Assembly (NCBI RefSeq): GCF_034669765.1 | Contig: NZ_JAXMOQ010000007.1 | Coordinates: 75,595-139,594, forward strand | Direction of reading: 5' to 3' | Length of the DNA stretch: 64,000 nt | DNA from: Roseivirga sp. | GTDB lineage: Bacteria; Bacteroidota; Bacteroidia; Cytophagales; Cyclobacteriaceae | Part shown: positions 1 to 10,315 of the stretch, one piece after another | Numbering within the stretch: position 1 is the stretch's first letter | Layout of the letters: the number at the start of each line of letters is the position of its first letter | Made by a program: the position numbers and the translations under genes | Notes under the pieces: generated by a model | Database searches by the model: none | What the model was told of the DNA's origin: nothing | Seen by the model: the letters and a program-made list of their open reading frames with translations, nothing else

Positions 1-2
1 AG

Positions 3-383
3 ACTTTTAGGAATTACCACATCTATTCCAGTCAGGCTTTTGGTTTTTAGGTGTCTCTCTATACTTTGAAGCATATATCCCTGACCACTCCCGTAGTCGA
101 CAACGGAAGCATTCTCCAGTTCTTTTGCGAATAACTTTACGTATTTATCCTTGTCGTTTATTCCATTAATTAAACTAGTATCTCTACCATAAATAGGAAT
201 AAGCTTAGAATAGAATTCATCATATAATTTTACTCGTTTGTCAAAATTCTTTTCACTAAGCAAGAGTCGGTGATAGTGTTCTTCAACCTTGAAGGCTGCC
301 ACTAAAACTTCTTCAGATAGACCTTCTGAAACTGAATATCTGTGAATATCAGGAAACTCTAAATAACCGTGATTTTTTATCAT
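3..383 (-). CDS. Class I SAM-dependent methyltransferase, partial (runs off window start; not in ORF track)
   Basis: Manual translation from ATG 383: MIKNHGYLEFPD...ASVVDYGSGQGYMLQSIERHLKTKSLTGIDVV, no stop before position 1; DxGxGxG motif I followed by GID motif II. Confidence 0.8.
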   Translation of the reverse strand, partial: MIKNHGYLEFPDIHRYSVSEGLSEEVLVAAFKVEEHYHRLLLSEKNFDKRVKLYDEFYSKLIPIYGRDTSLINGINDKDKYVKLFAKELENASVVDYGSGQGYMLQSIERHLKTKSLTGIDVVIPKS

Positions 384-724
384 ATTTGCCTGCTCTTGCT
401 GTGTATCTATGAATCATCAAAAATATAGATTTTTTATCAATAGTATCCTAAATGAGAATTTTGTCTGTCACTCGTTTTCTGTGAACAACTATGTAAAAAG
501 GGTCCGTAAAATTGCCTCTTGGCTCAGCCAAGGACTAAAGATTTGTGGGTATATTGCGTACTTTGTTTTGCATAGGAGATTTATTTACCTAAAGTTTGTG
601 GTTAGAGGTTTGCGCGATGGCTTAACCAAGTAGTCATCATTCAATTGACTTTGAAACGGTTTGTAATTATCAAAATTTAATAATTTTTTAATCATACTAA
701 CTATTGTCTACTAAGCTAGGTTCA

Positions 725-1879
725 ATGAAAATTCTCCAAGTTCACAATATATATAAAGGAAAGACGGGAGAGGAAACCGTTGTTGAGGAAGAGAAAAAAA
801 TACTGGAGCGTCATGGCCATTGTGTAATTCAGTTTATCAAGGATAACTCTGATTTGGATAAATATTCAAAATTAGATAAGATCAAAATATTGAGTTCTCT
901 TCACTCCTCAAAATCCATTGGGAAGGAATTAGAAGAATTTATTGAAAAGGAGAAGCCGGATATTTGTCATGTGCATAATACATTTCCTTTGATTACACCT
1001 ATTGTCTATGAAGTTTGTAAGTCTAAAAATGTACCAGTTGTTCAGACCTTGCATAACTACAAAATGGTATGTACTAATAGCCTTCTATTTCGTAATGGGG
1101 AGGTGTGTGAAAAGTGTTTGAATAAGAGCCTTTATAACTCTATTAAATTTAAGTGTTATAGAAACTCATATTTTGCAACTGCCGCTCAGGCTCATGTAAT
1201 CCAATATCATAGAAATAAAGGAACTTGGGATAATCTGATTGATCGATACGTATGCTTGACCGAGTTTCAGAAAGAGAAAGTTTTTGGAGATACCTTAAAA
1301 GACAAAGTTGTGGTCAAACCCAATTTTCTGGCTGAGAATAATTTGGTGACTGTTCGGGAAGATTTTTTCCTATTTGTTGGTAGACTAAATGATTCAAAAG
1401 GACTTCAGGATTTACTTTATTTGTTTAGAAGAAATACACATTCCAAATTCATTCTTATTGGTAAATCAGATAATCCAGAGATATTCCGTGATTTTAAGAA
1501 TGTCAAACACTTAGGGGAAAGAAACCGAGATGTTGTTTTGGAAAATATGAGAAAGTGCAAAGCTGTCATTTTCCCTTCTAAATATTATGAGGGAATGCCA
1601 ATGGTTATTCTTGAGGCTTTTTCATTAAAAAAACCTGTAATTTCAAGAAATAGAGGGGCCATGGCTTCCATGATTAATGATGGGGTTAATGGCCTTAAAT
1701 ATGAAATTGAAAGTGGGTTGATAGATGCTATTGAAACGATGGAAGAAAACCCCACATTGGTAAACCAATTGGGAGAACGGGCCTATGTAGATTATAAGGA
1801 AAATTATACCGAAGAAAAAGGGTATGAAAACTTGATAAACCTTTATGATGAAGTATTGAGCTCTCGATCACTCGTTTAG
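725..1879 (+). CDS. Glycosyltransferase family 4
   Basis: MKILQVHN start (ATG 725 preferred to TTG 704); FVGRL..SKG and YEGMPMVILEA GT-B motifs. Confidence 0.9.
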   Translation: MKILQVHNIYKGKTGEETVVEEEKKILERHGHCVIQFIKDNSDLDKYSKLDKIKILSSLHSSKSIGKELEEFIEKEKPDICHVHNTFPLITPIVYEVCKSKNVPVVQTLHNYKMVCTNSLLFRNGEVCEKCLNKSLYNSIKFKCYRNSYFATAAQAHVIQYHRNKGTWDNLIDRYVCLTEFQKEKVFGDTLKDKVVVKPNFLAENNLVTVREDFFLFVGRLNDSKGLQDLLYLFRRNTHSKFILIGKSDNPEIFRDFKNVKHLGERNRDVVLENMRKCKAVIFPSKYYEGMPMVILEAFSLKKPVISRNRGAMASMINDGVNGLKYEIESGLIDAIETMEENPTLVNQLGERAYVDYKENYTEEKGYENLINLYDEVLSSRSLV

Positions 1880-1903
1880 TTGACTTAATGATAAAATAAT
1901 CGA

Positions 1904-3295
1904 ATGACTATCGTTGCTACTTTTCTTTTAATACTTTATTCCATATTATTTTTCTATGTGCTCGATGCTGTCCTTAGGGGAAAGTTTGAATATGTGCTAC
2001 TTTTTTCCGTAATCTTTTTCCCTATTTATGCACTTTTTTTAACCTTTAATTACGATGCTTTTGAATTGCCTATTTTAGTTAATTTGATTCAATACTCTAA
2101 AGAGATTGTAATCTTTGGAGCTCTTGGTGTATGGATATCTGGCCAAAGAAACATGCTAAATAGGAAGTGGGAAATATCTTTTTTGGATGGCCTTTTTCTT
2201 TCCTTTCTTGTGCTCTCTTTTATCTTCTTTGTATTGGGTGTTGGCGAAGCCACATTTACCAATAGAGCCGTCTATTTAAAAAATATCTTGTTAATAGGGA
2301 TATTTTACTTTTTTGGTCGTCAGATCAAAATTGACTTTAAGTATTGGGATAGAGTTTTCAACGTCATATTTATCATGACTGTTTTAGCGTGTGGGCTGAT
2401 TATTTTGGAAAGGGTTTTCAGTACTCATTTTCATACTTTAGTAGGCTATGCCAAGTATAATTTACATTTGAAGGATTTTGAACCCGTAGGTACGTATGGT
2501 CTTAATTGGACCTTCGAGGCAGAGGGTGGGCGACCAAGGTATGGCTCATTTTTCGCAAACCCATTGGAGCTTTCATCCTCTATGCTCATTTCGGTTGCCT
2601 TGAGTACTATTTATTTGCTTTCAGTTCCATATAAAACAAACAAGAGTAAATACTTTGTAATTCTAGCTTGTTCATTTATTTGTGTTTTACTCGCATATTC
2701 TAGAGCTTCATTTGTGGCTTTTTTTTTAATGCTCATATTTATAGCTTTTTTAATGAGGTATTATAAGATTTTGAAAGCAGCCATTGCCGTTGCGGTTTGT
2801 ATAGTTTTATATATTTCTTTTTTTGCCGCTGATGAAGTTCGGTATTTTGTTATCGATACACTTACATTTCAAAACTCTTCCAGTTTGACTCATATCGTGG
2901 ATTGGCTAAAAGCAGTGGAGAGTATGTTGTCAAACCCAATGGGGATTGGGTTGGCAATGAGCGGTAATGCTGGAGGAGTCGAAGAAAGCTTGATTGTAGG
3001 TGGTGAGAATCAATACTTGATCTATGGTGTTCAACTGGGCTTTCTTGGAGCATTAATTTACATAGGAATGCTCTTTTTTGGTATCCGTGACTCGTGGAGG
3101 GCTTTCCGCTTATCAAGAAGCAGACAAGAAGCAGTCATTCCCTTCGTTGCGGCTTCAGTCAAATTCGGATTACTATTACCTTTATTCACAGCTAACGCTG
3201 AAGCATATATATATGTATCATTAATTTCATGGTGGTTTATTGGTTATGCAGAAACCATTTACCAAAGAAATAAGAAGTATCAAGTTTTATCATAA
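1904..3295 (+). CDS. O-antigen ligase/polymerase (Wzy/WaaL-like) membrane protein
   Basis: About 12 hydrophobic segments; RYGSFFANP, SRAS and P.GIG motifs; polysaccharide gene context. Confidence 0.75.
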   Translation: MTIVATFLLILYSILFFYVLDAVLRGKFEYVLLFSVIFFPIYALFLTFNYDAFELPILVNLIQYSKEIVIFGALGVWISGQRNMLNRKWEISFLDGLFLSFLVLSFIFFVLGVGEATFTNRAVYLKNILLIGIFYFFGRQIKIDFKYWDRVFNVIFIMTVLACGLIILERVFSTHFHTLVGYAKYNLHLKDFEPVGTYGLNWTFEAEGGRPRYGSFFANPLELSSSMLISVALSTIYLLSVPYKTNKSKYFVILACSFICVLLAYSRASFVAFFLMLIFIAFLMRYYKILKAAIAVAVCIVLYISFFAADEVRYFVIDTLTFQNSSSLTHIVDWLKAVESMLSNPMGIGLAMSGNAGGVEESLIVGGENQYLIYGVQLGFLGALIYIGMLFFGIRDSWRAFRLSRSRQEAVIPFVAASVKFGLLLPLFTANAEAYIYVSLISWWFIGYAETIYQRNKKYQVLS

Positions 3296-3301
3296 ATAAG
3301 C

Positions 3302-4213
3302 GTGAGAACGAACAGAGTATATAGTATTAGAGAACATTTTTCGGCTGTGAGAAAGTACTTCATTACTAAACTCTCTTTGTTCTTTCTCAAATTTTTTAAT
3401 AACCAGAGTCTAACTATTATTCGAGATGGTGGGTTTGGAGATGCTATTATGGCTTCATCAGTGGTTAAGGTTATTCAACATAAATACCCAAAAGCAAGAA
3501 TTTTGGTGAGCTCGGGATTCCCTGAGGTGTTTGATGGTGTACAGTTTACTGAGCATTCACGTTTAACTTTTCCCGTGATTTGGTTGAGCTACAGCCACTA
3601 TGACTTCTTTCCATGGACAATAAGGAAACCACTTCACTGTAGGCTTATAATGAAGGAAATGGCAGGTGTATTAAACGAACATAAAAATCATCAAGCTATT
3701 TCCATTGATGAGAGAGAATATAAAGACTTTTTAAGAGATCATGTTGAGAATAAAAAGTACCTCGTTATTCAATCTGGAGCAGGTGCTTGGTTTCAAGAGA
3801 AAAATTGGGATCAAAATAAATGGTTACACCTTGTGGAAGAGCTCAAGGCTATGGGTTATGCCGTTTATCATATTGGCACACAAGATAATGCCCCTTTAGA
3901 AGGAGTGGTAGACTTCAGGGGTAAAACTAATATTTATGAAAGCTTACTTTTAGTAAAGCATGCCAAACTGCTAATTGGAGTAAACTCGTTTGCCGAACAA
4001 GCGGCTTGGGTATTTAATGTGCCATCTGTTATTCTTTATGGACCTACAAATCCAAGATACTCTCTAAACCCTGGCCAAGTAGCTGTTTTCTCAAATCAAG
4101 CTTTTGAATATCGAGATTTATATAACTTGCCATATCAATTTCAGAATATGAATAGTATTGAAGTGAAAACTGTTTTGAAAGCTGCATCTACGATTCTTAA
4201 TCAAGTTAATTAG
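3302..4213 (+). CDS. Glycosyltransferase family 9 (heptosyltransferase-like)
   Basis: GGFGDAIM, KNW..W, DFRGKT, VILYGPTNP motifs. Confidence 0.8.
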   Translation: MRTNRVYSIREHFSAVRKYFITKLSLFFLKFFNNQSLTIIRDGGFGDAIMASSVVKVIQHKYPKARILVSSGFPEVFDGVQFTEHSRLTFPVIWLSYSHYDFFPWTIRKPLHCRLIMKEMAGVLNEHKNHQAISIDEREYKDFLRDHVENKKYLVIQSGAGAWFQEKNWDQNKWLHLVEELKAMGYAVYHIGTQDNAPLEGVVDFRGKTNIYESLLLVKHAKLLIGVNSFAEQAAWVFNVPSVILYGPTNPRYSLNPGQVAVFSNQAFEYRDLYNLPYQFQNMNSIEVKTVLKAASTILNQVN

Positions 4214-4260
4214 GAGCTGCATAATTTTTAAAACGTTAAAGTAATTGAGACAAAACTGAA

Positions 4261-5028
4261 ATGAGCCTACCGTTTAAGAAGTATAAATTATTTGTACCTG
4301 AATATGCGAATGTAGATTATGAACTCGCTTCAGAAATCATTGTGGAAAATGGTATTCAAAGATGTAGTTTCGGTGTTTCTGCCCTTGCTGTGCATGGATT
4401 GATGACTAGCATTACCAATTCTGAATTGGGGCAAGTAATAAACAATATTGACCTAATAGTTCCGGATGGCCAACCTGTGAGGTGGGCGCTCAATAGTTTC
4501 TATAAACTAGGAATGCAGGATAGGGTTTATGGTCCAGAGCTCACGCTCTGGGTGCTGAAAAAAGCAAATGAAAAGGCTTTGAAAGTTTACCTTTACGGAA
4601 GTACTGAACATACCTTATCTAAATTTCAAGAATTTATTGAAAGGGACTATCCAGACGTGGATATATGCGGGGTACATATCGATAGATTTAGAGAGGCAAC
4701 TACTGAGGAAGATCTTGAAGATATTGAGAAAATAAATAGTAGTGGAGCAAACATAGTACTTGTAGGCCGAGGTTGCCCAAGGCAAGAGTTTTGGGTGGCT
4801 CACCACAAAGGTAAGGTGAATGCCGCTATGATGGCCGTTGGTGCCGCTTTTGACTTCCATGCAGGAACGGTAAAACAGGCGCCTAGTTGGATGCAGAAAA
4901 ATGGACTCGAGTGGTTATATAGGCTAGCTCAGGAGCCAAAAAGATTAGCAAAAAGGTATTTTATAACAAATAGTCATTTTATATTAAAATTTATTAAACA
5001 TAGGTATTTTTTAAGGAGGCCGTATTAG
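4261..5028 (+). CDS. WecB/TagA/CpsF family glycosyltransferase (GT26)
   Basis: VPDGQPV, RVYGPEL, VGRGCPRQE, GAAFDF, APSWMQ..GLEWLYRL..EP.RL motifs. Confidence 0.92.
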   Translation: MSLPFKKYKLFVPEYANVDYELASEIIVENGIQRCSFGVSALAVHGLMTSITNSELGQVINNIDLIVPDGQPVRWALNSFYKLGMQDRVYGPELTLWVLKKANEKALKVYLYGSTEHTLSKFQEFIERDYPDVDICGVHIDRFREATTEEDLEDIEKINSSGANIVLVGRGCPRQEFWVAHHKGKVNAAMMAVGAAFDFHAGTVKQAPSWMQKNGLEWLYRLAQEPKRLAKRYFITNSHFILKFIKHRYFLRRPY

Positions 5029-5062
5029 TCCGATCTCTTTGAAAAACATTTAATCATACATT

Positions 5063-6118
5063 ATGAATCGATTATTAGTAACGGGTTCTGCAGGCTTAAT
5101 AGGCAGTGAAGTTGTGAGTTTTTTCGCCCAAAGAAATTGGGAGGTTATTGGAATAGACAATAACATGAGGGCCGATTTTTTCGGCAGTGCAGGTGATACT
5201 CAATGGAATGCTAAAAGATTAGAAGAGTCGTACGGCAATTATACGCATCATGTAATTGATATTAGGAATAGAGCTGAAGTAGGTGACTTTTTACAGAAAG
5301 TTAAGCCCGATGCAATTGTTCATGCTGCAGCACAACCTAGCCATGATCTGGCGGCTTCGAGGCCCTTTGATGATTTTGATGTTAATGCCGTGGGCACCTT
5401 AAACCTTTTGGAAGGGCTAAGAAGAGTTTCTACTAGTGTACCCTTTGTTCATATGTCAACAAATAAAGTATATGGCGATGCACCAAATAGTCTTAACCTT
5501 ACTGAGCATGAAAAGAGATGGGATTATACGGACGATGAGTATTACAATGGTATAAAAGAGAGCTTCACAATTGACCAATCAAAGCACTCCATTTTTGGCG
5601 CCTCAAAGGTGGCGGGGGATGTGATGGTTCAAGAATATGGCAGATACTTTAACATGCCTACTTGCTGTCTGCGAGGAGGCTGTTTAACTGGTCCAAACCA
5701 CAGTGGTGTTGAATTGCACGGTTTCCTCAGTTATCTAATCAAGTGTAATTTGATAGAAAGAGAATATACAATCTTTGGATACAAAGGAAAACAGGTGCGT
5801 GATAATATACACTCGTATGATGTGGCAAGATTTATTGAAGAGTTCTTGATGAATCCGAGGATTGGCGAAGTATATAATCTAGGTGGTGGACGATCAAACT
5901 CCGTCTCAATTCTCGAAGCTTTTGATTTGATCTCTGAAATTTCAGGGAAACCAATGAAGTATAAGTATTCTGAGCAGAACCGTTCAGGAGATCACATTTG
6001 CTACATATCGGATTTAAGCAAAATGAAGGATCATTATCCAAATTGGGATATCACTAAGGACCTAAGAACTACCTTTCAGGAAATACATGATTCATGGGTA
6101 CTGAGAATGCCTTCTTAA
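5063..6118 (+). CDS. NAD-dependent epimerase/dehydratase (CDP-paratose 2-epimerase-like)
   Basis: [33 protein letters not shown] motifs. Confidence 0.85.
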   Translation: MNRLLVTGSAGLIGSEVVSFFAQRNWEVIGIDNNMRADFFGSAGDTQWNAKRLEESYGNYTHHVIDIRNRAEVGDFLQKVKPDAIVHAAAQPSHDLAASRPFDDFDVNAVGTLNLLEGLRRVSTSVPFVHMSTNKVYGDAPNSLNLTEHEKRWDYTDDEYYNGIKESFTIDQSKHSIFGASKVAGDVMVQEYGRYFNMPTCCLRGGCLTGPNHSGVELHGFLSYLIKCNLIEREYTIFGYKGKQVRDNIHSYDVARFIEEFLMNPRIGEVYNLGGGRSNSVSILEAFDLISEISGKPMKYKYSEQNRSGDHICYISDLSKMKDHYPNWDITKDLRTTFQEIHDSWVLRMPS

Positions 6119-7794
6119 AAGGTGTAAGCCAAGTTGATGTCTAAATTAAAGTTATCTCGATCTTTCCCTGGATAGTAAGGAAATGGAGAAGCATTAGGGT
6201 CAAATATAACTTCCCACTGATAGTTCAGTGACTTAGTGTAGAATAAGGAACCTCTTAGTAATAGTTTGTCAAATTGCCATTCAACAAAACCATGTAGGTT
6301 ATAATCCACCCAATACCTTGTGAAATCACCCGAGAAAGTGAAAGTAGCAAAGTCGTTATTATGAACATATCTTTCAACGGCTCCGCCAATCCGCTTTAAA
6401 CCTTTTACCCACGAAACTTCGAGATATTGTGCATTACCCCCTGGGCCCAAGGCTGAGCCAAGCACCTCTCCATTATTCGTATACCCATCTCGAACAACAC
6501 CATGGATATACCAGGATAGAGCATTTCTAAAAAACCTGCTCTCCGTTTGTGACATTTGCGTTAATTCAAAATTGAATTGGTAAAATTCATCTTTCTTGGA
6601 TGTTGGAAATAGCTTATTGAAGCCTATGGTTAGGGCTCTTGAGTGATCGGAGTCAACTAATAAATCTCTTAAGTTGATGGCAGCATCATTCTTTCCAAAT
6701 TCAAAATATACTTCGGCTTTAGAATCAAACCAGACCCATCGTCCAAAAAGGCTTGCCGCCTCATCTTGTCGTAATTCAGATCCAAATTCGTTAGGGTCTT
6801 TTCCCCTAAATATGCCAGAAACCGCAGGAAAATAGTCTTTTCCTGCTTTGGCATTTGCGTAATACTGCTGAACCCATCTTGTCACTCCAAATGAAAGCCC
6901 TTGAATCCATTTTGGGGAATAAGAGAAACTTATTGCCTGAAAATAACGCCAATCATTCGGTTTTGGGGCAAACTGTACTTGTCCGCTAAATAGGGAGTCA
7001 ACATAGGGAGGGTTAAATCCAGACGCTTTAAGTTGGCCTGTCAATATTTGTCCTTCGAATGAGCCAATGATAGTTTTAATTGGTCGCTGAGTGTTAAAGG
7101 TTATGTGCGGAAATCCCTGAGCATTATTGCTCATCATTAAGCTATTACGTATGGCTGGCCCCCACCAAATATTTTCAGTGGATAGACCCAAAGATAAACC
7201 CCATTGATTTAGCCGTATACTTGACTGGCCAAGTGTGGCTTGTGTATAATTACCATCTCCATAGCGTTCAGGTTCATCTATCCGATTAAAAAACACATAC
7301 CTAGATTGCCATGTACTCTCAAAATGGCGAGGCTTAAATGGGAAGCCCTGATATCTATTATTTTCTGCAAATATTAATTCTGGTTTCAACTGAATTGTAA
7401 GCGGACCCCACTCCGAATATATTCCCGCACTTAAATAGGTTTGAAAACCTCTTGAGCGAATCATTGCTCCGTCATTTCTGCTATCAGGATGATCGCTATC
7501 ATAGGCTAGCCTGAAATCTAGGGGTAAAACTTTTAATTTGCCCTTGTTACCATCAAAACTAGTGATGGTTTTAAAGTAGTTATTGGTATCAAATACTAAG
7601 GAGTCGACCTTAAGACCGTTCTTTCCAAAGACTAATGGTCGATAATTAAATGAAAATGAAGAATCAAGATTCCCAAGTAGCTGCTGTCTTCTTAAATAAT
7701 CTTGGACAACCGCTGATCCTAAAGGGATCGTTTGGGCAAATAGATGGCTGCCAAAAAGTAAGAAAGTATAGATTAACAATATTATTTTTTTCAT
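6115..7794 (-). CDS. Capsule assembly Wzi family outer-membrane protein (paralog 1)
   Basis: Signal peptide; [10 protein letters not shown]...LMMSNNA.GFPH; GEVLGS; C-terminal aromatic residue. Confidence 0.8.
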   Translation of the reverse strand: MKKIILLIYTFLLFGSHLFAQTIPLGSAVVQDYLRRQQLLGNLDSSFSFNYRPLVFGKNGLKVDSLVFDTNNYFKTITSFDGNKGKLKVLPLDFRLAYDSDHPDSRNDGAMIRSRGFQTYLSAGIYSEWGPLTIQLKPELIFAENNRYQGFPFKPRHFESTWQSRYVFFNRIDEPERYGDGNYTQATLGQSSIRLNQWGLSLGLSTENIWWGPAIRNSLMMSNNAQGFPHITFNTQRPIKTIIGSFEGQILTGQLKASGFNPPYVDSLFSGQVQFAPKPNDWRYFQAISFSYSPKWIQGLSFGVTRWVQQYYANAKAGKDYFPAVSGIFRGKDPNEFGSELRQDEAASLFGRWVWFDSKAEVYFEFGKNDAAINLRDLLVDSDHSRALTIGFNKLFPTSKKDEFYQFNFELTQMSQTESRFFRNALSWYIHGVVRDGYTNNGEVLGSALGPGGNAQYLEVSWVKGLKRIGGAVERYVHNNDFATFTFSGDFTRYWVDYNLHGFVEWQFDKLLLRGSLFYTKSLNYQWEVIFDPNASPFPYYPGKDRDNFNLDINLAYTF

Positions 7795-8474
7795 CTTTTC
7801 TTAAAAACGCTTATCGATAAATTGTCTAAAGACCAGCTTTCATCACATAATGGGTTATCGGAATTTGGTTGTACTAATCTATCATAAAAACTTATAGTTG
7901 TACTATTTCTTTTATGTAGAAAGACTTTGTCAAACTTGTATAGAGATGTGCCATTTGGAGAATCTTTCCATGCGCAAAGACCCGGAAGACTGGTAGAAAA
8001 AGCCTCTAATTTTGAGTCATTTGGAAAGGGGAACTCACGCGGGTAAGATTGGCTATAGCAGAAGCCAGGAATACATAGCCCGTTCGAAAATGTTGTTTCG
8101 AAATATAATTTTTCAGAGGATTTTAGGTTTTCATTTGGATCAAATTCTAATATCCAAGCGTCATGGTCTTCTCCCAAAGGGTTTGTTCCGTTTGTATTTC
8201 CATCCCAAGAATCGTGAATATACAGATCGAAGGAAACTCTTACATATTCATGATCAGGTAAATTATCTAAAGAAAGTTGAAATCCATTATTATTGAAATT
8301 ACCCATCACAAAATCGCCATCAAAGCTTGAAATCTTCACGCCTGAAATACCTGCGTAATCCCCATTATCAAAGTCGTTGAAGTAAATAAGATCTTCCTCG
8401 GGTACAATGTCCTCGCACGAAAAACATAACAAAGCAAAAGCGCAAAAGATATAGTTGATGGACTTTCTATTCAT
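7791..8474 (-). CDS. Hypothetical lipoprotein
   Basis: Lipobox LCFSC at residue 20; beta-rich; stop overlaps the Wzi start (ATGA). Confidence 0.7.
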   Translation of the reverse strand: MNRKSINYIFCAFALLCFSCEDIVPEEDLIYFNDFDNGDYAGISGVKISSFDGDFVMGNFNNNGFQLSLDNLPDHEYVRVSFDLYIHDSWDGNTNGTNPLGEDHDAWILEFDPNENLKSSEKLYFETTFSNGLCIPGFCYSQSYPREFPFPNDSKLEAFSTSLPGLCAWKDSPNGTSLYKFDKVFLHKRNSTTISFYDRLVQPNSDNPLCDESWSLDNLSISVFKKR

Positions 8475-8683
8475 TTAATCAGTAAACGCAGGTTTATAAT
8501 TGTTAAGGAACCATCAAAAATGGGAAACTTATTCTGAATAAGTAAGAAATGCCATGAAATATGCAGAGTAAAGTAACAGGAGCAACAGTAATACTTAAGA
8601 TTAATTTTGAAGCCATAAGTTTTTCATGCTCATTATTATGAATAAGATCCTTCTTAAAATAAAGATCGACTAGAGAAATACAT

Positions 8684-10222
8684 GTGGGATTTGATATATT
8701 TGAAGGATTAAAATTAATTGTATTGAGACTCTTTTTATTAGGCATATTCCTGATTCTTTATAAAGTGACGCTGGCTCAGGATGTTTCAGCTAAACTTGAC
8801 ACGCTAGACCTGAAAATTCAATCAGGAACTCTTCTCTCCTCCAAGAGCTTTGCTCCTCATTACCTTGTTAATAACCAGTATGGCGAAGTTGATGGTGATG
8901 CGCCTGTCTTTCTGAAAGGGGAGCTACAGTATAAAAGAATAATGAGCGAGTCTTGGACGCTTTCTTCAGGCTTGAGTTTTAGAAACGAAAGATTATCAAC
9001 CCTTTATTTAGGGGCAAAATTTGAAGACTGGGAATTTAGCGCTGGAAGAGTCAAAAAAACATATGGCGGTTTACACGCTGATCTGTCATCTGGGTCACTG
9101 GCATTGAGCGAAAATGCACTACCAATTCCAATGCTTGAAATTAGCTTGAATAAATACAAGTCAGTTCCTTTCACGCATGGTTATTTGAAGTTTAGAGGTT
9201 CTTTGAGTCAAAGGTGGATGGAAAAAGATCGGTACATTTCAAAAGCGCTCTTGCATGGTAAGACCTTTTATGGGATGATTGATTTAGACGATTTAATTGG
9301 TTTACAAATCTCATCTGGGATTGTTCATTTTGCTCAGTATGGGGGTATTTCACCTCAAGGAGATAAACAGCCGAGTAGTTTAAACGACTATTTCAGGGTG
9401 TTTATGGGGAGAGGCATTCATAATCCAGATGGTACAAGCGCTGGCGAGGGAAATGCCATTGGTAATCATCTTGGTTTAACAGAATTCATCTTCAAAAAAA
9501 GAGTAGGAGATCATACACTGAGCCTAAATTATCAAAAGCCATTTGAAGATGCCGGTAGTATCCAATTCATAAGCTTTAAGGATTTTTTAATTGGGTTGGA
9601 ATGGGCTTTGCCAGAGGACCAATCTTTAGTAAATAAGCTCTATATCGAGGTGGTAAGAACAAAATGGCAGAGTGGACGTGGACTTCCAGATCCCACAGAT
9701 GATATTCAAACGGAAGAAGAAAACAGGAACAATGAATTTGGTGAAAGAGATGATATCTACAATAACTATTTGTATCGTTCGGGTTGGACATACCATGATC
9801 AAGTAATTGGAAATCCATTGATTTTAACTTTTAAGCATACACTTAACTTTCTTGAACCGTATCCAGATTACGGTGTGGCTATTGCTAACAATAGATTATC
9901 AGCACTACATATAGGGATTGAGGGAAGCTTTACTTCTAAAATTACCTATAAAGGGTTATTGACATACTCAAAAAACTTCGGTACTTATGCGGGGTTGTAT
10001 GAGGGTAGATTTAATTGGGGAGGGATAGATAGAGACCCTAATTTTGAATATGTTTTTCTACCAGCTAAAAAACAATGGTATACTTCTATTGAAGTTAATT
10101 ACGAACAAGTGCTTGAAATAAAGCCATTGTCATTGAATATAAGGCTTGCAAACGATTTTGGGCAATTGTATCAGGCTGTTGGCTTTGAACTTTCTGCCCT
10201 ATATAGATTGTCAAATTATTAA
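8684..10222 (+). CDS. Capsule assembly Wzi family protein (paralog 2); start uncertain
   Basis: LSSGSLALSENALPIP, LLHGK, GNAIGNHLG, YQKPFED, YNNYLYRSGWTY...IGNP motifs. Confidence 0.8.
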   Translation: MGFDIFEGLKLIVLRLFLLGIFLILYKVTLAQDVSAKLDTLDLKIQSGTLLSSKSFAPHYLVNNQYGEVDGDAPVFLKGELQYKRIMSESWTLSSGLSFRNERLSTLYLGAKFEDWEFSAGRVKKTYGGLHADLSSGSLALSENALPIPMLEISLNKYKSVPFTHGYLKFRGSLSQRWMEKDRYISKALLHGKTFYGMIDLDDLIGLQISSGIVHFAQYGGISPQGDKQPSSLNDYFRVFMGRGIHNPDGTSAGEGNAIGNHLGLTEFIFKKRVGDHTLSLNYQKPFEDAGSIQFISFKDFLIGLEWALPEDQSLVNKLYIEVVRTKWQSGRGLPDPTDDIQTEEENRNNEFGERDDIYNNYLYRSGWTYHDQVIGNPLILTFKHTLNFLEPYPDYGVAIANNRLSALHIGIEGSFTSKITYKGLLTYSKNFGTYAGLYEGRFNWGGIDRDPNFEYVFLPAKKQWYTSIEVNYEQVLEIKPLSLNIRLANDFGQLYQAVGFELSALYRLSNY

Positions 10223-10315
10223 TTCAAGGCACAACATGTGAAAGGTTTGGCTTGTTTTAATATCTTTGTGGCAATATTTTTTTTGTGATATAATTGAAAT
10301 AAAAATAATTCTCAA

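Noticed and set aside
409-633. 74-aa ORF in the divergent intergenic region
   Set aside because: No recognisable motif; it lies in an AT-rich promoter region between two real genes.
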